The notes beneath the pieces are model-generated. The model had not been told where the DNA came from, made no database searches, and saw only the letters and a list, made by a program, of their open reading frames with translations. Positions 63,661-64,000 of a DNA stretch of 64,000 bases are shown here, one piece after another. The stretch covers positions 186,001 to 250,000 of the forward strand of contig JAPETS010000022.1 in the NCBI GenBank assembly GCA_026023565.1. Direction: 5' to 3'. The position numbers and the translations under genes are program-made. The stretch comes from Cirrosporium novae-zelandiae (taxonomy: Eukaryota). Every line of letters starts with the position of its first letter. Within the stretch, counting starts at the first letter, position 1.

Positions 63661-64000
63661 GGCTACTACTCTATTGTAACGCGAGGGTGTGTGTGTGTGT
63701 GTATGTGGATGACTGGGATCCTTTTATATATATATTTCTATCCTATCCTATCCCATCTATCGATCGATCGATCTATTACGTCTATGTCTATGTCAATATT
63801 TATAATACTTATTATTACGATTGTTATTATTATGGTTCGGTTTCCAAAACCCCCAAGTATAGCAAAAAAGAAAAAAGAAAAGAAAAAGAGGAATAGTGTA
63901 TAGCTACTCTACTATAGAGCGTAAAGCGAGTGGTGTGGATTTGGATCCTTTTTATATATTCTATCTACCTATCCTATCCTATCCTATCCATCTATGTCTA
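63661..64000. repeat. Diverged direct duplication with microsatellites (GT, CTATC, TAT)
   Basis: CTACTCTA..GCGAG..GTGTG..GGATCCTTTT..ATATAT..CTATCCTATCC at 63663-63760 and again at 63903-63995. Confidence 0.7.

Overview
Gene-dense, intron-containing eukaryotic DNA from a filamentous ascomycete (Pezizomycotina). The GT..AG introns with CTRAC/CTRAT-like branch points and the gene content support this; the class cannot be fixed from sequence alone. About 23 protein-coding genes are present, mostly housekeeping: DCAF7/WDR68-like WD40 (3' part), Atg28-like, CENP-U/Ame1-like, a twin-CX9C protein, AP180/Yap180, NudC, mitochondrial AspRS, synaptojanin-like Inp52/53, a small coiled-coil protein, a D-2-hydroxyacid dehydrogenase, Cox23, Med8, MPDU1, Cet1, Rpn2, 1-Cys peroxiredoxin, a BAR-PH-ArfGAP, a secreted unknown protein, Mdm20/Naa25 and a C2-domain protein. 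An accessory-looking block at about 15-24.6 kb holds a GH13 alpha-glucosidase plus a Zn2Cys6 regulator (MAL-like, no permease), a small Cys-rich ORF, a degenerate GT90 and an F-box-like orphan. No rRNA, tRNA, CRISPR array or intact transposon was recognised. Most interesting leads: (1) the small Cys-rich gene with an in-frame UAG just before a terminal CxxC, in an A-to-I-editing-like context; (2) long introns folding into nested stems; (3) periodic C-rich/G-rich strand-skew tracts at convergent gene ends, with local duplications, one carrying RIP-like changes; (4) a phased CGG array in the maltase promoter; (5) a probable GT90 pseudoenzyme. All family calls are from motif recognition by eye, not database searches.
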